From Raillietiella orientalis (lineage: Eukaryota): a stretch of DNA of 64,000 nucleotides. The notes beneath the pieces were generated by a model. It did not search any database and was not told where the DNA came from. It worked only from the letters and a program-made list of their open reading frames with translations. Location of the stretch: contig JAYWIR010000035.1 of the NCBI GenBank assembly GCA_036172245.1, forward strand, positions 992,001 to 1,056,000. The letters are read 5' to 3'. Shown here piece after piece: positions 1 through 15,200 of the stretch (position 1 is its first letter; each line of letters begins with the position of its first letter). The translations under genes were made by a program, and so were the position numbers.

Positions 1-656
1 TATAACGATTATCTCGTTTTACTAGCGCAATAAATAGAGCTTCTGTAGAAATACAAACAGGATCACTTCGTGATGGTGAGCTGCCCAATGGTTTAACAAA
101 CAGTAGTGACCATGTCGGTGAAAAAGCTGCAGAAAGTACTGCGGTCGAGCACGTAGGAATTCATCAGGAAGCTATGGGTCCAATGAGCTGATTTTATTCT
201 GAGTAATTTATGGTCCGAAGCTTTATGTTTTAAAAGCAAGCTTGCCAAAACTTGAGAGCGCCCACTCAGGTTATGTAAAAAGCGAGACTCATGGATAGGC
301 AAGAAAAAGCTGGCCTCAAATGTTTCTCGTATAAGCACGTCAGCAAAGCGCGGCAATCGAAGAACACGTTTTTTTATATATCTGTACAATTCTTCGTGTG
401 AGTTTCAACTGTAGATTTTTGAGTAAATCATTTTTTTTTTTTTTTTAAATCTTCAAGTGCCGACGTACGGGGCACCGAACTTGCAAGCATTCCGATTCCT
501 GCCTTGAAATGTGCGAATTCGGTAGCACATCAGAAGGCAAAGACATTCGTAGACACGTTTCCCTTTCCAGACAAAAACGGAAAAAGAAAAAAAACCATCC
601 CATGGGTTCCAGCGGATGAAACCAGTCTTCGTTCATGGAGTCATTGGCGATATTGT

Positions 657-679
657 ATTATATATATATATATATTATA

Positions 680-715
<36 letters not shown>
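657..715. repeat. Imperfect (TA)n microsatellite
   Basis: Long TATATA run with a few interruptions. Confidence 0.9.
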
Positions 716-717
<2 letters not shown>

Positions 718-2523
718 CAATATCACCAATTTCACTTACTAATGATGAGTCTCGATTTTATTTACAACAAAGTCGTGCTCATCTGTCTTTTCTGCAACAG
801 TACGAAAATCTTTCCAAATGAGACCTTACTTGAAATAGAGAAAGGTCAGGATATTTCGTAGAAACAGATAATCAAATGTAAAACCATCATTAGGGAACTG
901 AGCAAGGACAAAAGTACTCGTTGAGGCATTTAAATTCGTGAATCAAACGCTTTTTTGTACATTTGAAAGTCCGAAATACAGTTTTCGCAAAACCCTATTT
1001 CGGAAGTCGCAGGGTCGGCTCTATTTTCGCAATGGCATCATCCCCACACGGTCGCCACTTGGATAGTGCAAGTCTTCTGCAATGCCTTCTTTTATGACCG
1101 GCAAAAAAACAAAAAAAAAAAGGCGTTGCATGAATCCCTTCACCAATTAATGCTATTTCTGCATCATCTTTTCAGTCTTGTTGGTCGTCCTGTGTCATAA
1201 AGTGAGGCAATATAGTCATAAAGTGAGCCTCAACATCGGATCATTTTCTGTACATCTGTAATGATGATACGCTCGATCCATTTTCCGACAACCTAATAGT
1301 TTCGTTCTGCTTCAGATATCAACCCGGATGATCTTCGCATCTGTTCCAAAGCATAACGAAAAGCCCAAAACCACATATTCGATGAATGATGTTTCTTTTT
1401 TTTTTTAAAAAAAAAAAAAAAAAGAAAAGAAAAGAATCACGGCCAATTCACCTGCTCATCATAAAACCTTTTTTCGAGACACAGCAAGGTTTTGAAGGAA
1501 CGGAAGCCATTTCCCATATGTGAGCTCATCAAGTTTAGGGGGTTACTTTAGTGGAAACAGCCCCTCTCGCCTCAAAATTACGGGACAGAATAAAGGTTAC
1601 TCGGATTCATATGATTTCGAAAAAAGTACTGCTGAAAGTGAACAAGTGGGAAAGAAAAAAAATATCAGAAGGAAGCAAGGAAAGGGCAAATGCGAAACAC
1701 TTTAACGAAAATCAAAGGGTGTTTGTGGACACGCATTTCGCATGCCTATGGTAGTACGTAAATTTCCATAAAACAGGAAACAAGGCTCACATCTTCCGTA
1801 CAACACATCACAATAAAAGACATACAGACAAACATAATTATCATGTGATATCGAATCCAACACAAAACCCCCAACGCTCGTAATCGTTTAAGCGTTCTCA
1901 ACTGAAATATTTACGTAAAAACGAAAAATCCACGAAAAATATTCATTACAACTGAAACGTCTACGAAAGGAAAACTTATTCTTGCCTCATTAGTAATAGT
2001 AATAATAATAACAATAAAATGCGAAACGGGCAGCATGAACCTCAACATTCCCGATCGACCAAGTACTGGAAGTACGAATTGGATTTTCACCCGTTGAAAT
2101 GACATCATGTTTTCTTTTTTTTTTTTTCTTTTCTCTAGCAAAAAGCAAAGCTGATTTCTGCACACGAAGAGCAGATTTCCTTCCCCAATGGCTGATTGAG
2201 TAACAGCGTGGTGGCTCTCACCAAATACGTCAACGCAGTCTGATTGTGGGAGTGCTCGTTCTTCTTGTGAAGTAAAGAAGTTTCCAGAGCATGAGATGAA
2301 ACTATTTTTAGACTTGCATCAAGACATAAAGGCATGTGATACAAATGTGAGAAAAAAAAAAAAAAAATTCCAATCGGGAATAAGCACAACCGAAACGATC
2401 TTCTGGAAATAATAGCATTGGAGATGCCATCAAACCAGGCACGGTGAATGCGATCAGTGGAATGTTAGATGACCAATGGAATGTTAGATGAAGATATACT
2501 AGAATAGAGCACCATCTTATAAA

Positions 2524-2539
2524 ACACACACACACACAC

Positions 2540-2568
<29 letters not shown>
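2524..2568. repeat. Compound (AC)n-(TA)n microsatellite
   Basis: acacacac...tgtatatata run. Confidence 0.9.
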
Positions 2569-2570
<2 letters not shown>

Positions 2571-2891
2571 AAAAACGTGAAGCACTTTTTTCTCCAAATA
2601 CTTTCTATACCAGTGATTTCTTTCAAGAACCGCCCAGAAACGCTGGATCCCGATCCACAAATCCACAGAGTGAAATAAGAGTGCACACACGAAGCGATGG
2701 ATTAATACAAGTGGCATATGGAGATGGCAATTCGTTATAAGAACAGAACTGATTTGAAATTGACATGTATTCAAATGTTCAGGAACTTTTCGAAAGTTTG
2801 CCAAAGATTTCATTCAACACATTGTAATCAACAAGAAATTCATTTCCTCACAAAGAAATGTGCACAAAAGGTAACATAGGGCGTAACCTAC

Positions 2892-4477
2892 TTCTTGCAG
2901 AGGTTTCTTGTCTACAGCCTTATTGCTCTGCAATAAGCGAATCACATTCTTTGCTCCTTCTAAGACTGCTGCTTCAATCCGCAAGCGGTTAAAGATTTCT
3001 TCAAAGCGCATATCAACAGGAATGGATAAAATGGACTCAAACGATTTTTCTAATTATTAAAAAAAAAAAAAGAAAAAATCAAATTAAAAAGAAAAATCAA
3101 ATAAGGATGAATAAGAATTAAATTAATAATACTGAGAACTAAAGCATCTGAAAATGATGCGACAAAATACAAAAATATTGAACCTCTGTGGTCGCCAGAT
3201 TCCCTTTCTTCTCTGCTCTGTTCGGCTTTTTTAATTCTCATCCTTATATATTCGATTTTTGCTTTAGAATCTTCTAACATGAGCTGGGCTTCTGCTACAA
3301 GCTTGCGATCTTTTGCTTGACCAGTACTGTACATTGAGATCATATTTTCGGCTCCGGCTTTCACCTAATAAAAGAAAATTCGAAACCGATTTTACCCTTT
3401 CTTTCAGTTCATAACAAAAAAAAATACACAGATATTCACAGAATACTTATGCTCTTCCAAAAACCAAATACTTTCATAAATTAGATAATTAAGAAGAATT
3501 ATACCATAACCCAAAGAAGACACACTAATTAGATTAAGGTAATAAAAAGCATTATCAGCACACGGATTGGATCTTTTTTTTAAAAAAAAAGAAAAAAAAA
3601 AAGGAAGTGCTAACCTTCATTTCAATATGCAGTTGTTTCTCCAGAGTTTTCAACCTTCGGTCAAAGTCGCTCAGAATGCTCAACGAAGTATCAATTTTGT
3701 TCCGTGCTTCGCCCATTGCCGTCGAATCTGAAATTTAATCATTGCATTCTGATGAATACAAACAAACATTGGTTCTCAGTACCACAAGAACATACGACAC
3801 AATTCTCACATAAAATCCAAATGTTTTATTTAGGGACATGGAGGGAAAAAGTTGTTAGAAAAAAAGCCTGGTTTTGCTTTCTATTTCACGTCGTGAGTTC
3901 ATCATACACATGTCACATATAATGAACTACCGTAACGCACATTGCTTCTAAATACTACCAGAAGATATATATATAAGCCAACAGCAACGATGGGGGGGGG
4001 ATCGCCTTTTTGTGAGAAAAGATGAAAAAAAATGATAAATGTTTGTTTTACATATACTACGTACGCGCGAACGAAAAGTGTCGACGACTACAAGAGGACG
4101 GGGGGGGGGGGTCAACGTAGGTGAAAGTCAACTTGTTTCGTGCGTTACGCTTCTTCCTATGCAACCGCCTAAAAATCCAAAACGAAATAATAATAATTCA
4201 TCGTTAATGTCCAAAACTGAAAGGCATTCGTAACAAGACACATGGGGCTTCACAAAGTTTGCAAGGTGTTTTAGAGAAACTTTTTCCATTGCAAGGAAAG
4301 CAACGGTGGCAAATGAGTTCTGACGAAGGTTCGCTCTTGTTTTGAAAGGTTCCTCCATCATTATGCCTCTGTCTTTTTGAACTTTTCAAATTCCCTCAAA
4401 AGGCAGACATTCTCTCCATTGCAATCAATTGCTTCAACACGTTGGCGCTGAATTTCTGCGGCAAAAGTATGTTCTGC

Positions 4478-4509
<32 letters not shown>

Positions 4510-6212
4510 GAATCCCAGCACGCACAGCACCTAAAATACACACTCAGAGGACTTTTATCCGGGCACTTTTATCAAAAAACACAGCAAGCTGCTAACAGTT
4601 GCAGATAGCCCACACGAAGGCGAGGTCTTGCATGCCCAATGAAGATCGAACCATGAGGAACGAATGTTTCCGAGACCCCTTCAACTCATACACACTTTTT
4701 ACATGCCATTCGTGATACTGACGAAAAAATCCAATTCCTGTCCACTGCCTTCACAAAACATTGAAAGCTTAACAGAATTTAAAATAATAAATGGCATTAT
4801 CGGGAAGTTCAAAAGAAACATATCTAGTGGACGTAGTGAACACCGTATATCAATCACAATCAACAGATGCGACAGTAGGGATGATATCATACCAACTGTC
4901 ACATTACCTCAATAGAGAATTGGCTTCACTGACAAGTAGTATACCACTGATACACATTACTTGGATGAGTTCCTAATTGACTCGTTGCTTATTAAAAGTC
5001 ATGAATGCTTATCTTACTATCGCATCAGTGAAAGCTTCGGGCAATTTCGTTTGTCCTTTTGGTATCAGATCCTAATTTGGAGTTTTCATCGAATTGGGCC
5101 ATTCCGACTCGCACTCGACAGTACCTTAAACGGTTTATGAACAGAAACCATTCGCATTATTAGCTGTAATTGACGCTAAGATGCTGGCAGGATTACCGCT
5201 GAGTCTTCGAATCCAAAGCTTTCCCTCCATACTTATACATGACCTGAACTGGTCATATTCCAAAAGGATTGGTCAACTGCATGAGCATCTCCAACTGCTT
5301 GTTGTGTTCAACCACGGTTTTTCTTCTTCTGTCATTCATTTCATTCTTGAAATTAGAAACAGACAAACATTCCAGGTGCACTTCAAAGATTCTTCGGCAA
5401 AGCTTTTTCCGAGGAAATTGGTAATACTCGGAGCTTGGTACTGTCGGTATAAACAGAAACAAAACGACAAGGCGGGTGCATTAGTGATCAATAGTTTGAT
5501 CGACAGTTTCAGAACCTTCGATGTCCATAGTTTTTTTTTTTTTTCTTCTTCTTCTTTTTATTTCAACGAAATATGGAAAACTGGAGATGTCTTATGCATA
5601 TCTTCCACTTGTCAACGCTGCTTTTCTTGTAAATCGTTTTCAACGGCTACGACCGTACTTCGCTTCCATCAATCGTTCCAACCCTCATTTCTAAGAGTAA
5701 TGCAACTCACTTTTAAGTGAACTTTGAGATAACTCCATTGAGAGGCATACACAAAACAGAAATTTTTGGAAACAAAATCTACGATACAATTGGTCTTCTT
5801 GAGAATACTTTATGAAAATCTGAATCCTCTCTTTCTCACTCTACAATTAAACACGCTGTTATCTGACCCGCTAATAACAGAAATTTGTATTTGGTTTCGT
5901 TTACATTCGAAATAAACAAGCCCATTCGGCCGTAAAAGCATAATTAATCTCATATTGAACTGCAGTTGAAGACTCCCATGAAGCATGCACCGGAATTTTT
6001 TAATTTTCCAGCTACTAGTTACTCAGAATTACAGCGGCACTAATAATCTTAAAGAGAAAACTAATAATCTTAAAAAGCTGGTTGGAAACATTTCTGAAAT
6101 CTGAGATTCAACACTTAAAAGCGGTGGACATTTAAGTTGTAGAGCAGAATACAGCCGGTTCTAAAAAAGAAATATGTTTTTTAATATATAATATTTTTTT
6201 TTCTTTTTCTTT

Positions 6213-6247
<35 letters not shown>

Positions 6248-9200
6248 GAAGTGGACATACAAAATCAAGGCAAATAATTTTTCTGTGCAATTAAAAGAAT
6301 TCAATTATAAAATAGAAAATTTCCATAATGAAACCAGGAAAGAAAACTGCGGAAAAGGAGTGGAAAGCACAACTGCAAAACGAGCTTCAAAAATGCAAAA
6401 TTCATGAGATTAAAGAATATTTGTAATTCAATAAACCTGCTCGAAAACCGTCATTTTAATTCAACCGTATCACATTGCAGATAGCAATTATCCCAATTTA
6501 TGTGAAAAAAGAAACAAGAAAAGCATAACGAATCAGTAAATCTCCACAAATAAATGAAAAAAAAAAAAAAAAAAAAAGGACGAACGAGATGCCCCTCTGC
6601 TATGTATGTCAGCTACAGTTTCAAATTGAAAACATAAAATGAAACTCCTAATCAAGGAACATCCAACTATTTATCAATTACAAAAAAGTTAACATTCCTC
6701 CATGTTCCGAGCAAAACATTGCATCATTGAAATCACCAGCTAGACAAGTAAGAATTGTGACAACTTATAAATGAAGAAGCAAACTTCTACAATCAGTAGA
6801 AGTGAACTTAACTTCCAAAACTGGGTCGGCGGAATCAGGCCCGTCCGTGAATCCAAGAAACATGAAAGCTGGCTGAGCAAAGAAAGCAAATTTGAAAATA
6901 CAGAAAAAAATGAAAGATGAGCTCGGACGACAGGCATATAAATTCAGTCCAAAAGAAAAGGAATGTTTCGGTCCACTATCCAAAACCGACTTTCCCATTT
7001 CCAAAGAATTGAAAAATCTTTCCCCTTATTTTGAAGAGAAATGCAGAATACTACAAGAGTGGAATTACAGTCCTACTATTAATGAAACTCAAAAAACACG
7101 AAAGCACCGATTCTAGAAAATTTGGATAGAAGAGAAACGATAAGGTAGGTTATTCATGAGAAGAAATTGAAAATTGCCGCTCTATCGTCTATTCATACCC
7201 TTTCAACAAGACATAGAGATACCAGGCTGATCACACATGAAGATACACATTTTGCCCTATCTGCTTCTTCCTGAAAATCAAGTGCTACCGAGGTTGCTGA
7301 ACAAGCAAAACTTGCAACAAGACAACCTTCACGCACCATGTTCATCTACTTAATCGTTAATGACTAATTTGGCTTTTCAAAATAACAAATTTGGCTTTCC
7401 GAAGGAACACAGCGACGGACGACCTCTGACATAGACTGTACAGCATGCAAGAATCCCTTAGTAAATCCCTGGATAAAAAAAACTATATGCGAATCGTGAA
7501 TTCCTGAAACTGAAGAAATTCCTTGTCATGATGATCAATAGCCAATTCAGAATTTTGATCCGATTTTGTTATACATTAGCTCTGGGGGAAGCCGCGGCAG
7601 GATTGTCTTTTGTGATTACAGAAATCGTCGACTTAAGAAGCATTCTGGATTTTAATGGCAACCATAAATCAATCCGTCAGACATCGTTTCTGACGATACA
7701 TGCACACACGCACACACAAACAAACAAACAAACAGAACTTAATTATGAATTAATGTACTAAACATCACCCAAGGAGAAAGGGAAGCACGTGACCCATCCG
7801 TCAAGATACTACTAGCATCAATTCGCAGAACTATTCTTTTCCTGAGATGAGATCGTTCCACTTTTAAGAGAAGGATTTTTCGTGTTTTGACTAAGAATTC
7901 TAGGTACCAAAACTGGTATTCATTCACACATATGCGACAGCAGCTCAGCTACCGATCAATGTATCATTCGGACACTGGATTTCGTACACATATATGTACC
8001 GTCCGTTTGAAGAGTCCTAAAACGTCTTTATAATGAAATACCGGGAGAAGAAGAAAAAAACATACATTTATAATGAATTAATCATCCGTTATTCAACCCT
8101 CGACAACTGATCAAATATTCACGATATTCGCCAACAAATAGTAATTAAATATTTTGCAAAATTTGTGGCTTTCAATACTAGTATTAATAACTGACGGAAA
8201 GAGCAACACTTTACACCCTTACGCAAATTTATATAAAAGGAAAAAAAAAGCTCTCACTGACACGCATCAACATGTGTTGATGCGTCCAAGAAAATTCCCA
8301 TGAAATACACAATCATCGTGGAAATTCCATTCTGAATTGGACGTTAACGTAGCACAGCACCTTACAAGATGCTGAATGCAAGTACCCATAGCCCAAATAC
8401 CCTTTTATTGCTTTGTTTTTATTAACAGAATCGAAGATCGGATTGATCCGAATTCTCAATAAAACTGAAACTCACTTACCACGTTCAGATGGGTAAATGG
8501 ATTCGTCTGGGGTGTCCCCTTGACCATGAGTAAGCAGGATCTGTTCATCCAACTCTTGTAATTCAGCTTGGAGTTCTAAAAGTTTGCTGTTTGATTCCTT
8601 AACGATGTTATTCACATTCTGTAGCGACTTCTTATCACTAGTAGCTTTACGGAGATTCTCGGCTCCTTCCTTGATTTTCAATTCTTTGCGTATTTGGCTC
8701 CTGATGTGCTCCTTTAGTTCTTCTAATTTATGAAGAAGAGAACCTTCTGTATGCAATCCATATTTAGCACTAAGGTCATGAAACGCCGGATGTAGATAAT
8801 CATCACTCTGAAACAGAGAAAAAATAAATACAGTGTTCTTGGATGCAGTGTTTCAAATTCAGGCTCGGCATATAACGCTGCCCACAAACGATGCACTCGA
8901 TATTTAGGATGAAGAACCAAACCAAAGGCACCACATAAAACTGCCATACACAGTTTCTGAGAAAGTTTCTCAGGGGGTGCCAATGATGGAATGTTACAGA
9001 GTAATTTGCCTGCTGCATTATATTCCAATAAGGGCAGAACACACTCGTCACAAACACTTTCTGAATGAAACCTTTGTATTGCTCATCCCATCAAATTGTA
9101 ATGTGATAACATTGGTTTGTGGCATTTTTATATCGTTTTTGTTGCTTTGGGTAACTTTGCGAATAGGTGTGTGGCATATGAGGCAGCTTACTTACTGCAA

Positions 9201-12200
9201 GCTTGCTGAGAGATAACATCCGACACACTTATGACTCACGTAAATAATAGTAAGCATTCCAATTCGGGTAGCGGAATCTCTCGAATCCGCTACCCGAATC
9301 TTAGATTAATGAATCCGATTGCCGTTCAAACTGCTCGTATACAGAAAATGGAAAACACGAAACGGTATAAAACAATCCTTTCTTTTTTCTTCCCTTTTAC
9401 AAAGTATCATTCCCTCTTTTTACAGAAGGTTTTCCCTAAGCAGGGCAATGCGAAGTGGCAAACGTGTGAATCAACGCGAGCGTATGGAATCACGTCAAGT
9501 CGACTCACACACGGGAACGTCACACCCAAAAGAAAACAACAGGTCTTCCGAATACCCTTTCTGACTTAAACCACAAGAAATGCCATTTTGGCATACACGC
9601 TTTCCATGATATTTCTCTCTTGCACAGATTTGTTTCGTTTTCACTTTTTCTAGGACTCATGGCTTTCAACGAAATCAATTCATTCAAAAAGGCAGATCCA
9701 ATAATTCGTACTTCTTCAAGTGGACGAAATCAACCATAACCTTCTTTCGCAGCAAACTGAAAAGCCATTTTTTCAAGCATCTACTTAATAGACTTGTTTA
9801 TTCAGACAAATATATATCCAGTTGTACTGTTCTGAAACCATTCTCTCTACTGGAGGCACCATTTCCGTAGGCTCTTGTCACAAACAGCACAAATTGAAAT
9901 GGAACAAATGATCAGTATACAACTTACAAATGGAACAGAAGAAATCCTTTTCGTTCCTATTGCCCTTGAATTCTTGAATCATTTCGGAAGGCATTTTTGA
10001 CATCATTTTGTGTACACACGGTGGTGTCGATGCCAAGAGTTCGCGTGCTTTTCTCGTGTTTTCTTGAAACAATAACTCCCTCTTATGTTACCCGAAAACA
10101 AATCCCTCATCCGATCACAACCTCTCAAGTTGAATAGCACATCATACACAGGACATAATGCTTAATAATAATCACTTTCCGGAATAATCCATGATGAATT
10201 CGTACTCCATACCCCGATTCCAAAAGCAAAGCAGTTTCGAAACATTCTCAACCTTTTGAAAATACAAGTTCGCAAATGTACAGAGCAAAAAATAAAAATG
10301 AAAAAATCCGCGTACACTGGGCGAAAAACCCACACCCGTAACGATAAAGCCAACTAAAGAGATACACGTTTGAAATCCGTTGGCAAGCAGTGCACAGGCA
10401 TTCGAAAACTCAAGAAACGAACGGGGGGGGGGGGGGGATCTCTTGAGCCCAACGAGACTTGGCTACCACGAATGCGTTCCGAAAGGTTAAGCGGGGTGCT
10501 ACCACATACGCCACAAACTCAGAAAAAAGGAAAACCCATGGACGATCAGCCCCGCACCAAGCAGTGCCAGTTGTGATAAATGCTGGAAGTTGCTTTCAAA
10601 AATGCAAACTTTTCTCTAAGACTGCAGAGCTTAATAAGAGGATAAAGACCCCAATAAAGTAGTGGTCATTCATATATATAAACCGCGCTTGCTCCGGTGA
10701 CTTTTTTTCAGAAACTCTGCGTCACGAATGCTCAGTTGAGTTTGGACTGCTCGATGGGTCCCGAGTTTTGAGGAATGCTGCTTGTTGAGACTTTTTAGAA
10801 CGCTCCATCGGGCGAACTTTGAGGAGTCAGCACTTTGGAGATCACTGCTGTCGTCGTTACTCACTACTGCAATTGTTTTCCATAAAAAATGCTTCTCATT
10901 TCACACTGCCACCGTGTCAGCTCCTGCCTGCTCAAATTTGCAACGACCTTTTTCAATCAGCAGATCCTCCATTTGAAACTGGCGCTTCCCTTCACTGGCT
11001 AGAGATATTCGAATCTTGAAAGATTAGAAACGACATCTGTACCCAATGAAACTTCTCGTACGCTAGAATCCGCGGGAGATTTCAAGGTTACTCAGATTTA
11101 ATTGCAAACAAGTTATAAACTCACTTTGAATTTCACATCCCATCTTCCTTTTAACCTAAAACTCGTGCACCCGCGAACGGACCCCTTTATGTCTGTGAGT
11201 TGAACTGATGTGAGTGTGGACCTACTTTGGACAGTTACTTGAGTTGCGGAAAAATCGCGATTTCGCCTCTAATGAGAGAAAATCAGCATCGTATATTTCA
11301 CATCAACATTTTTCAACACGCCACTTATCATCTAAAAGATGGCAAACGATGCGATGTTTCAGTAACAGCCGTTAGCACTACTAAAGTACTTTAATAATCA
11401 AAATTATATGGGTCGGTTTCATCCATTCAGAAACCAAAACAATAATTTTTCTTTGCCCTACAGCACACACACTGTGCTGAACTTTTGAATGAAATTATTC
11501 ATTTTTAAAGGTTTCGATGTATTTAAAAAAAACATGCTGGATAAAGAATTGTTATAGTTTCCGACCATCTTAAGAAGGTCATGGCGAATCGTTCGCTGTA
11601 TTTCTAGACGATTGCACACGATCACCGAGGGCGATGCCAATAAATTACAAAACTCTGGGAATTTTACAATACTTTGTGAATATTAATTAGAGAATGGCAG
11701 TTCTTGTTCCTGAGCAGCAATCGCAATGCACGTTGTTCACTTGAGACAGGCAGATGCTCTAATGGGTTGGATTGAAAATCGAACGCTTTCCAGTAAGGCT
11801 TTCGTTTAATCCAACTTGTTCCGATAAAATATTTCTCACACTAATTGCTGAAAAACAATTATGGGAAAACTCTATGTTTCACTTATGTCACCAATGACGT
11901 GCCATAGTTTGTAAACAAAATAAGCATCCACTAAACTAAATAAAACTGTACAACGCTTTCGTGCATGCAGTCGGGGCACGTGTTGAGTTACCTGCCGTCC
12001 TATGAGTCGTAGGTAACACACGGATCTGAATTGAAAGAATCAAAATTCACTAGAACAAAAGCTAACCTGGGATGTCTGGAAAAACAATCTGAGGGAATTT
12101 TGCTGATGAGAATTGTTTTTTATGTACACCTTATTTCATTTTATTTTCCTTTGACGCTGCCACTGTTTCTAATATATATCTTGCAATAATTGTAACTTCA

Positions 12201-15200
12201 TAACTTACTTACAAAATTCTTATTTTAAAAACATTCGAAAAAAAAAAACAGTATTTTGTTTTACATATTGCTCAATGTTACACATGGAAAAGCATCGATG
12301 TGAGCCCCAAAGGAGGTATCGTGACGAGTGACCCAAAGGTCTCTTTCATGACATCAAGTAAGGAATTAATACGAGCTTCGCTGCACTCTCAGGATGCTCC
12401 AAGCACATTAGCAAGAATTTTTTGAAAACATCGGATAAAGTCTTCATAAATCTACGGTCACGGCTTCCAGAATAAGCAAACGAAAATGATTCCAAACTGC
12501 ATGCAACACCCAAAGTTATACCTTCCCCAAATGGTAAATACTGCTAGCGCATCACCTCCCTCCTGAAAGTTCTGACCCGTTATTTATCAAATTCTTAATC
12601 AGGATGAGAGCTTGAGTTTGAATGCAAAATATAAGCGATGGGCTCCTCATTTTGGCCCAAGGTATTCCTGCTTTATGCTCCTCTTTTAAAAGACAGCGAA
12701 TACAAGTACGAACTCACACTTGCAAAACAAAATAAAGATTCATTTTTTCAACGAGAAAAATTGAAGGGAAAAACACATACTTACAAAAACAATGATAAGA
12801 GACCCAATTTTACCATACGTATCGTTGCCACATATAATGGACATTCTGGTGCGAATATACTATCAAGTCATTATGTTTAAACGAATAAAAAGTGCACAAG
12901 ACAATGTCTTTTAAAAGTGGTAAGTTTAGAAATAACTTGCCAGAGAGCTGCTTCGCAGCTGCTTAGCAAGTGGTCCCTGGCCCAGAAATGGCTGCATACC
13001 TTTAAGTGTCTCCTCTTATGATGAAGCTGGAGTTGTAGGACTCTCAGAGATAATTTCTGATTCCATTCATCCGATACGTAATCAGGGCTTGTGAAGCAGA
13101 AAAAAAAAAAAAAAAAATCGAGACGTTGGGCCTCAGCAATAGAAGTGGACATCAGGCACGAAATCAAACGTTTCTGGATCTTTGAGCATTTGTTCCTGGG
13201 CCATCGGAAACTTTAGCTTTCAAATGCACAGTTGCGATGACAGATGGATTGCGTTTGTCAAACGCAATCCATCTGAGGATTTATAGCCGTTTTTTTTTTG
13301 TTTTTTTTTTCCCCTCCCGAATTTCAAGTAGGATTCCCTCATCAATGTGCACACTCACAACGAGCTCAAAGTTGGTAAGCTTAAGAATATTCGGATGTTT
13401 CAATAACCAGAAAACACGTACTTGGGAAACGAATGCACTCATCTGATTTCAAGTGAAATGGTTACGGTACACAGTTTTTGAAGCGGCGGATACTCGCATG
13501 CATCTGCTAAGGTGGAAGATTCGCGCTGCAAGATTGGAGATGTTGGAAACATTTCAAAAATTCCATAATCTTTGGCGAAAACCAAAAATTTCCGAATGAC
13601 GATCACTTAAAATGCCGAAATCTTGACAAGGATCGAACGTGATGAGAATCGTAAATGTATACGTTGCATGGCATAAATGGGAAGTAAGAAAACGCATTTC
13701 CATCATCACTCTTTATGCTCTGATAACTTTTCGCTACGAAGACAATCCAGTTAGTAAAAGCAAACACTGTCGCGAAAACTGCATCAATAACTCACAAGGA
13801 AATTTCTCCGTCACTACCTAGCAGAATTGCAAATAAAGGCATACAGTAAAAGTACACTCAAAATCATAATGGTATATTTTTATGTATTACGATTTTAATG
13901 CCCGCAAGAATCCAAAATTCTTTCCAACGAATTTTCTGCAAATGCAAGGCTTAAAGTCTAATGTCATTTTTAATGGTTATAATAAATTAATTATCCATTA
14001 AGTAACTGTAAGAAGATTTCACATTAATTTCTATATTCTAAAATTCGGTTCCAATCTCTAAACGGAAGTATTCAGCATATGTCGAAAAACATATTTACAA
14101 AAACAGTGGATTTACAAAATGGAAGTGACTCATTCATTCAAAAGTTATCAGATGCCAACACCCGAAGTCCTAAAGTGTATATACGTGGTAACGTAGTGTA
14201 TTCGTTCTGAAGCCACAAGTCAAATGCTTTCTAATTAGAAGCGTTGCTTCCCCTCCTCCCCCAAAATATGAAGAATTATTTGGAACTGTGGCATGAACTC
14301 AATATCCAAGAAGAATAGGTGTTTTGTCTTTATCCAAACTTTCTTGAATATTAGAGATTCCGAAATTGCTTCAATTCACCATCTCATTCTTGAAAGTGAG
14401 ACGAATGCATTCTGGCAAATGCGACTCTGAAAATTTCCCATTCGAAGCACGAAACTGCCGACAAGAACAAAGTTGTGTCCCACTTCAATCAAATGAGGAA
14501 TTGACGATCTTTCCAGAGGGCTGCACCAAGTGGCCCGAAAAGCTCGATAATAATGAGAAAATGTTAACTTAAAATCTGCTCTTACGGAAATCGATACGAC
14601 CGGCTACAGTAGCACCTTATACGATAATATCATTAATTGCTTCAGCAACCTTAATTTACGCAATCATGTGAAATTAAGTTGCTTGCAATAGCAGACAGAC
14701 ATGTCTAAGGATCTCGTTACGAAAATGGGTGAGCAAAGAAGTACATGCAAAGAAAAGTTTGGGCCCGGAAGATAATAATGATGCAAACACTTTGAAAACA
14801 GTAATAATCCACATGAACCAATTGGTGATTGATAAAGAATGAAAAAAAAGAAAGTCATTCTATAGTTGTTAACTTTTCTGCTGATAGGATATTAAGCAAA
14901 TGAATAAGCATGCACGGCAAGGACGTGCATTTCTGCCAATTTTTTTCTCTTTGCAAAGACAGGTAAAAGACACACTGTCGCGAAGAACTCTATCTAATTC
15001 AATCAATATGAGCATAAATCACATTAAATTAAATAAGGTAATTAAAAAGACACCACAATAAGATTAGGCCTTAGATTCAAAATATTTTTCATTCAGAGAA
15101 TTCTCGCTTACTTGCACACTTGTTCGTTATTCCTTTTCCTCTTTTTATCTTCACTGAAAACCAGTTAACGAGCATACATATCTATACACCTCTTACCCCA

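Noticed and set aside
93..2813. Short ORFs, including those through the TA/CA microsatellites; searched for the next PKN exon
   Set aside because: Low-complexity or random ORFs; no HR1c continuation or C2 sequence found
5181..5720. 179-aa plus-strand ORF inside a PKN intron
   Set aside because: Crosses a poly-T/TTC tract and has no domain features; likely spurious
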